DNA of 44,297 bases from Candidatus Poribacteria bacterium (GTDB taxonomy: Bacteria; Poribacteria; WGA-4E; PCPOR2b). Location of the stretch: assembly GCA_047517405.1 (NCBI GenBank), contig JAKZSX010000373.1, forward strand, positions 1-44,297. The letters are read 5' to 3'. Below are positions 39,757 through 44,297 of this stretch, piece by piece (within the stretch, counting starts at the first letter, position 1; every line of letters begins with the position of its first letter). The translations under genes and the position numbers were made by a program. The notes under the pieces are model-generated. The model was given only the letters and a program-made list of their open reading frames with translations, had not been told where the DNA came from and ran no database searches.

Positions 39757-39792
39757 CGATCGTTATTTCCTACAATACCTACAACCCCGTTC

Positions 39793-42761
39793 CTACTTGA
39801 GGATCAACATCTTCCGCGTGGCAGAAAAATCACCCGCCATCAGGGTGTAAAAGTAAACTCCACTTGCCACTTGTTCGCCAAGATTGTTTCGTCCATCCCA
39901 GTGGACTGCTTTTGACCGACTCTCGTAGGCAGATGCAATCCGATGTCCAACCTCAAGTGTACGGATAATCTGACCGCTTAAGTCGTAGATGGTCAATGTC
40001 ACGAAAGCGTCCTCCGCCAACCGATACGGAATCCATGTCTCCGGGTTAAATGGATTCGGGTAGTTGGACAACAGTTCCGTTTCCGTTGGGGTCAAGGCTG
40101 CCAAGAGTTGCTCAAGCACCATAATCCCCATTTTCATGATGAGATCCCTAACCTCAAGTGCTCTTGCATCGATCAACCACTGTTGAACCGCTACCGCTGT
40201 GAGCGTCTCAGGTACTTGTAGGTGCACTGATGGTGCGGCTGCCGCACCATCAAACATGCCCGCAACCAAGACCAGATCCAGAATATTGACAACCCCATCG
40301 CGGTTGACATCTACCACCAGATTGGTCCCTGTATTTCCGAGTTCAGATGCAATCACAATCAAATCCAAGATATTCACGCTTCCGTCGCTATTGACATCCG
40401 CTGTAATTGGTGGTGATTCAGTATCGGAGATGGCGTGAAAGGTAACTTTCCCCTGAATTCCAGCGGCGGATACTTCGACGGTGTTTATTCCCAGATTCGG
40501 CCCCAGCGTGAGCGTACTTTGTGCCCTGCCGTTTTCATCGGTTTTTGTGATTGTGGTACTGAGTGTGCCGCCACCGGCGGTGACAGCAAACCTCACCGAA
40601 ATCCCTGTGAGCGCAGAACCGTCTTCATCCTGTGCTTCAACGACAAATGGTTGGGACAACGATGTGAAGGCTACCCCTTTCTGGTTATCACCTGAGATTT
40701 TCAGCAGTGCAGGATGGGTTCGGTTGTCAAACTCAACTGTAACTCCTCTGCTTTGGAGGGTGGGAATATGGGCGTGGATAGATAGGTAACTCAAGGGATT
40801 ACTCTGCACATTAACTGTGTCTCTACTCCCCAATCCTGTATTGGCTACCAAGGGTAAGAGGTCCGAAATATTGTTGCCCCAAAGATACAAGGCTGTCAGT
40901 TTTGTTAATCCCGCCACAGAGGATATATCCGATATTGAGTTGCCCCAAAGACTTAACCATGTCAGGTTGGTGGCGTGTTCAAGCCCGGTCAAATTGCTGA
41001 TGCTGGCTCCACCGGCATTAAGCACAGTCAACTTCGCCATCTCCGCTGTCGTGATGGTTGCACCGTACGCCTTGACGAGTGCTTTCTCAATTTTAGTGCG
41101 GAGGTTGCGGTCAGGGATTTTCACGCTTTGCGTTTCAACGGCGTCAAAGTATACCGCAACCCATTTTCGCTGTAGGGTAGGGATATGGGTGTTGATGGAG
41201 GTGGCGTTCAGCGGATTTCCTCTCACATCAACCCCATCTCCATCGCCCAACCCCATATTTGAAACCAGCGGAGATAGGTCTGATATAGAGTTGCCCCAAA
41301 GAGACAGCTGTGTCAGGCTGGTTAAGCCCGCCAACGGTGAGATGTCTGATATGTTGTTGTAGTGAAGAAACAGCCAGTCCAAGCTGGTTAAGCCCGCCAA
41401 CGGTGAGAGGTCTGATATAGAGTTTCCATCAAGATACAGCGATCTCAGGCTGGTGGCGTGTTCAAGCCCGGTCAAATTGCTGATGCTGGCTTCATCGGCA
41501 TCAAGCCAAGTCAACGTCGCCATCCCCGCTGTCGTGATGGTCGCACCGGACCCCTTGCCGAGCGCTTTCTCAATTTTAGCGCGGAGGTTGCGGTCAGGGA
41601 TATTCACTGTTTCCGTTCCAACGGCGTAAAAAATTACCCTAACCCCTCTGCGCTGTAGAGTAGGGATATGGGTATTGATGGAGGTGGCGTTCAGCGGGTT
41701 TCCTCTCACATCAACCTCATTTTCACTGTCCAACCCCGTATTTGAAACCAGCGGCGATAGGTCTGATATAGAGTTGCCCCAAAGCTCCAGCGATACTAGG
41801 TTGGTTAAGCCTGAAAGAGGAGAGATATTTGATATAGCGTTTCTGCTAAGAAACAGCCCTCGCAGTTTGGTTAAGCCCGCCAACGGTAAGAGGTCTGATA
41901 TAGAGTTTTCAGCAAGAAACAGCCAATGCAGGTTGGTTAAACTTGAAAGAGGGGAGATTTTGATATGGAGTTTCTATCAAGATTCAGGTCTATCAGTTTG
42001 GTTAAGCCCACCAACGGTGAGAGGTCTGATATAGAGTTTCCATCAAGAAACAGAAATATCAGGTTGGTTAAACTTGAAAGAGGGGAGATATTTGATATAG
42101 AGTTTTCAGCAAGATCCAGCTCTGTCAGGTTGGTTAAACCTGAAAGAGGGGAGATATTTGATATAAAGTTACCCTCAAGATCCAGCTCTGTCAGGTTGGT
42201 TAAACTTGAAAGAGGAGAGATATTTGATATAAAGTTATCCCCAAGATTCAGCTCTGTCAAGTTGGTTAAGCCCGCCAACGGTGAGAGGTCTGATATGGAG
42301 TTTTCATAAAGATGCAGCAATGTCAGGTTGGTTAAGCCCGAAAGGGGTGAGATATTTGATATAGAGTTTTCAGCAAGACCCAGCAATGTCAGGTTGGTTA
42401 AGCCTGAAAGGGGTGAGATATTTGATATAAAGTTTCCATAAAGAAACAGCTCTGTTAGGTTAGTTAAGCCTGAGAGGGGTGAGATATTTGATATAAAGTT
42501 GCGAACAAGATTCAGCTTTGTCAGGTTGGTGGCGTGTTCAAGCCCGGTCAAATTGCTGATTCTGCGTGCACGGACATCAAGCTTAGTCAACGTCGCCATC
42601 TCCGCTGGCGTGATGGTCGCACCGGACGCTTTGCCGAGTACAGCCTCAATTTTAGCGCGGAGCCTAGGATCAGGAATATCCACAACTTGTACTGTTGCCG
42701 TCAATGGAAGGGTGAAACACATCAACAGGGAAAATATGAAGCAAAGAAATTGTTTGTTCAT
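39793..42761 (-). pseudogene. Frameshifted internalin-like LRR surface protein with Big-1, dockerin-like and FlgD-Ig/T9SS-like C-terminal domains
   Basis: Signal peptide MNKQFLCF...; 22-aa LRRs; 1-bp deletion at ~41959 (GAGAT-TTTG versus GAGATATTTG in sister repeats); TDENGRAQSTLTLG; DVNSDGSVNILDL; NYPNPFNPETWIPY...SGVYFY. Confidence 0.85.
41740..42530 (-). repeat. Tandem 66-bp LRR-coding repeat array (12 units)
   Basis: Recurrent GGTTGGTTAAGCC...GAGATATTTGATATA with 66-nt period. Confidence 0.9.
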
Positions 42762-43015
42762 ATTCTTCCTCAAGAAAGAGTGTTTGCCAAAGATAACCGA
42801 AGTTGCCACCTTGATAAGAACACGGAAATCTGTGTTGCCTATAATTAGCGGCTCATTGGTTGATTGGTTCAGGTGAGTGGCACGACGGAGTCCCGATAAG
42901 ATCGAGATTCAAAGCAACTAGGGCTTTGGAGGTCGGGCAAGTCCGAGAAGATCCCGTGACCGGGGACGCCCGACCTACGGATATAGGAGGTTAACTTTTA
43001 TTGCGTCTCACATAA

Positions 43016-43127
43016 CTAGGTTCTGTTGACATCTGATAGATTAAACCAATCTTGAGGCAATTTCGGATAACTGTCTCGGTTTTTGGTGGATTGTCATTGG
43101 CGACAGCAAAATGTCAACGCGCTTTAG
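43016..43127. repeat. MITE-like element (family B)
   Basis: Ends CTAGGTTCTGTTGACAT / ATGTCAACGCGCTTTAG; body homologous to the reverse complement of 12710-12770. Confidence 0.7.
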
Positions 43128-43140
43128 CTATTTACGTTAG

Positions 43141-43725
43141 TTAAGCGTGTTCTAAGAGACCACCGGCGTCCAGTACACGCCAAAAGGTGTAGTCTGCGTG
43201 GTGGACAATCGTGTTCTCCAAGCTGCGGACAACTAACTCGCCCTCACCTGAATGGGCACCTGCCGTGTGTGTGACCGCCTCTGGAAGCCCGACGGTCAGG
43301 CAGACGTGTACACCGTAGCCCGGATGCCGAATTGATGGGAACCCAGCAGTGCTTGGCGATTCTCGCCAGCGGGCTTGGTTTTCCGGGTCGAATTCCCACG
43401 GTTTGCCCACATCATGGCACAACGCGCAGGCAATCAGGAGATCGCGGTCTACCCCAAGTTCGGGAAACATCGCCGTCAGTTCGTCGCCGATTCGCATGGC
43501 AAGCAGCGTGACCCCACGGATATGGTGGGTTTGAGTTCCCCGCTTGAGCGGAGGCGTGTCTGGATTGCCCGACGCACGAATTTCGTCAATGGATTTGAAT
43601 GAACTCTTCCCGAGGGAGTAAGCCCACGCATCGATAACCTTATTCCGCAACGTTTCGTCGCTGATCTCGTTCACTTCGGGCAATGAGCGAACCACCGATT
43701 GTCGTAACTCTTCAGAAATTTGCAT
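43141..43725 (-). CDS. HD-domain phosphohydrolase
   Basis: THH...CHDVGK...RH...AH...HHAD metal-binding pattern; AGGAGG RBS. Confidence 0.88.
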   Translation of the reverse strand: MQISEELRQSVVRSLPEVNEISDETLRNKVIDAWAYSLGKSSFKSIDEIRASGNPDTPPLKRGTQTHHIRGVTLLAMRIGDELTAMFPELGVDRDLLIACALCHDVGKPWEFDPENQARWRESPSTAGFPSIRHPGYGVHVCLTVGLPEAVTHTAGAHSGEGELVVRSLENTIVHHADYTFWRVLDAGGLLEHA

Positions 43726-43746
43726 AATCTCCTCCTATAGAAATCG

Positions 43747-44036
43747 TTAGATTCTGTTGACATTTCATCACAATCGAATAATCGCGAGGCGTGCACAAAC
43801 ACATGGTCTTTCGTAGGGGTTGGGTTTCCCAACCCTTTGGTCACACATCATAGACGGTTTTGAGCTTCTGTAGGTCGATTTTGGAAAATCGACGGTTCGG
43901 TATCGAGATATGAATATAGACCTACAATCAACTCAACCTGTATGGTTTGGGGTTTCCAACCCGCGTTGGTCAATGGGCGAGGGGACCTCGCCCCTACGAT
44001 TACGGACAGTTTTACATAAATGTCAACACGCCCTAG
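43747..44036. repeat. MITE-like element (family B) packed with GTAG hairpins
   Basis: Ends TTAGATTCTGTTGACATTT / AAATGTCAACACGCCCTAG; internal GTAGGGGTTGGGTTTCCCAACCC, GTAGGTCGATTTT..AAAATCGAC, GGGCGAGGGGACCTCGCCCCTAC. Confidence 0.72.
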
Positions 44037-44297
44037 TCAAAATAGATGAAGTCACCTGCTCAGAAAATTATACCATAAATCTGTCTCCAGAGTTGTCATT
44101 TCCAACTTGGTTTGTACCAATTTAATCAGGAGGCGATTGGTATTGTTAATATCAGGAAAAAGGACTAGACCTCGCCCCCAATCCAAATTTCTTGGTTTGA
44201 ACTTGACCGCTATCAGTGACTGTGATACCATCTATCCACATGAGGTTTCATCATATCTATCACCACAATTTACCACGCAAGGAGCAAATCATTGAGA

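Noticed and set aside
41740-42530. CRISPR array or DGR target suggested by periodic repeats with variable inserts
   Set aside because: The 66-nt period is in-frame LRR coding sequence, and no cas, reverse transcriptase or separate template repeat is in the window
44040-44297. 62-aa ORF at the window end
   Set aside because: No recognisable homology; may be degraded sequence cut by the window edge

Overview
Mostly housekeeping and metabolic genes from a bacterium that is probably Candidatus Poribacteria-like. That assignment is inferred from the internalin-LRR/dockerin/FlgD-Ig surface protein, the PhyH-HEAT fusion and the dense GTAG-hairpin intergenic repeats. From left to right the window holds: a minus-strand cluster (iolC, HpcH aldolase, Ser/Thr kinase with an alpha-SNAP-like tail, eda, and an SDR-folE-tandem PTPS tetrahydrobiopterin-type operon); a decayed phosphotransferase; a rhodanese; hydantoinase A; recA; a hydrolase; a CoA-transferase; coaD-ftsB; an MFS transporter; argG; ybaK; and two enolase-family dehydratases. 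Next is a ~1.8 kb internally deleted IS1595 element bounded by perfect 21-bp TIRs, carrying an intact DNA methyltransferase and a broken putative endonuclease. It is followed by a Tat Mo-oxidoreductase, a LysM-TPR protein, the ffh-rpsP-khpA-ylqD-trmD-rplS-rnhB-yraN cluster (no rimM), a TnpB scar, a frameshifted LRR surface protein with hypervariable repeat faces, and an HD gene between two MITE-like elements. I saw no tRNA, rRNA or CRISPR array. All protein calls come from motif recognition by eye; no searches were run.
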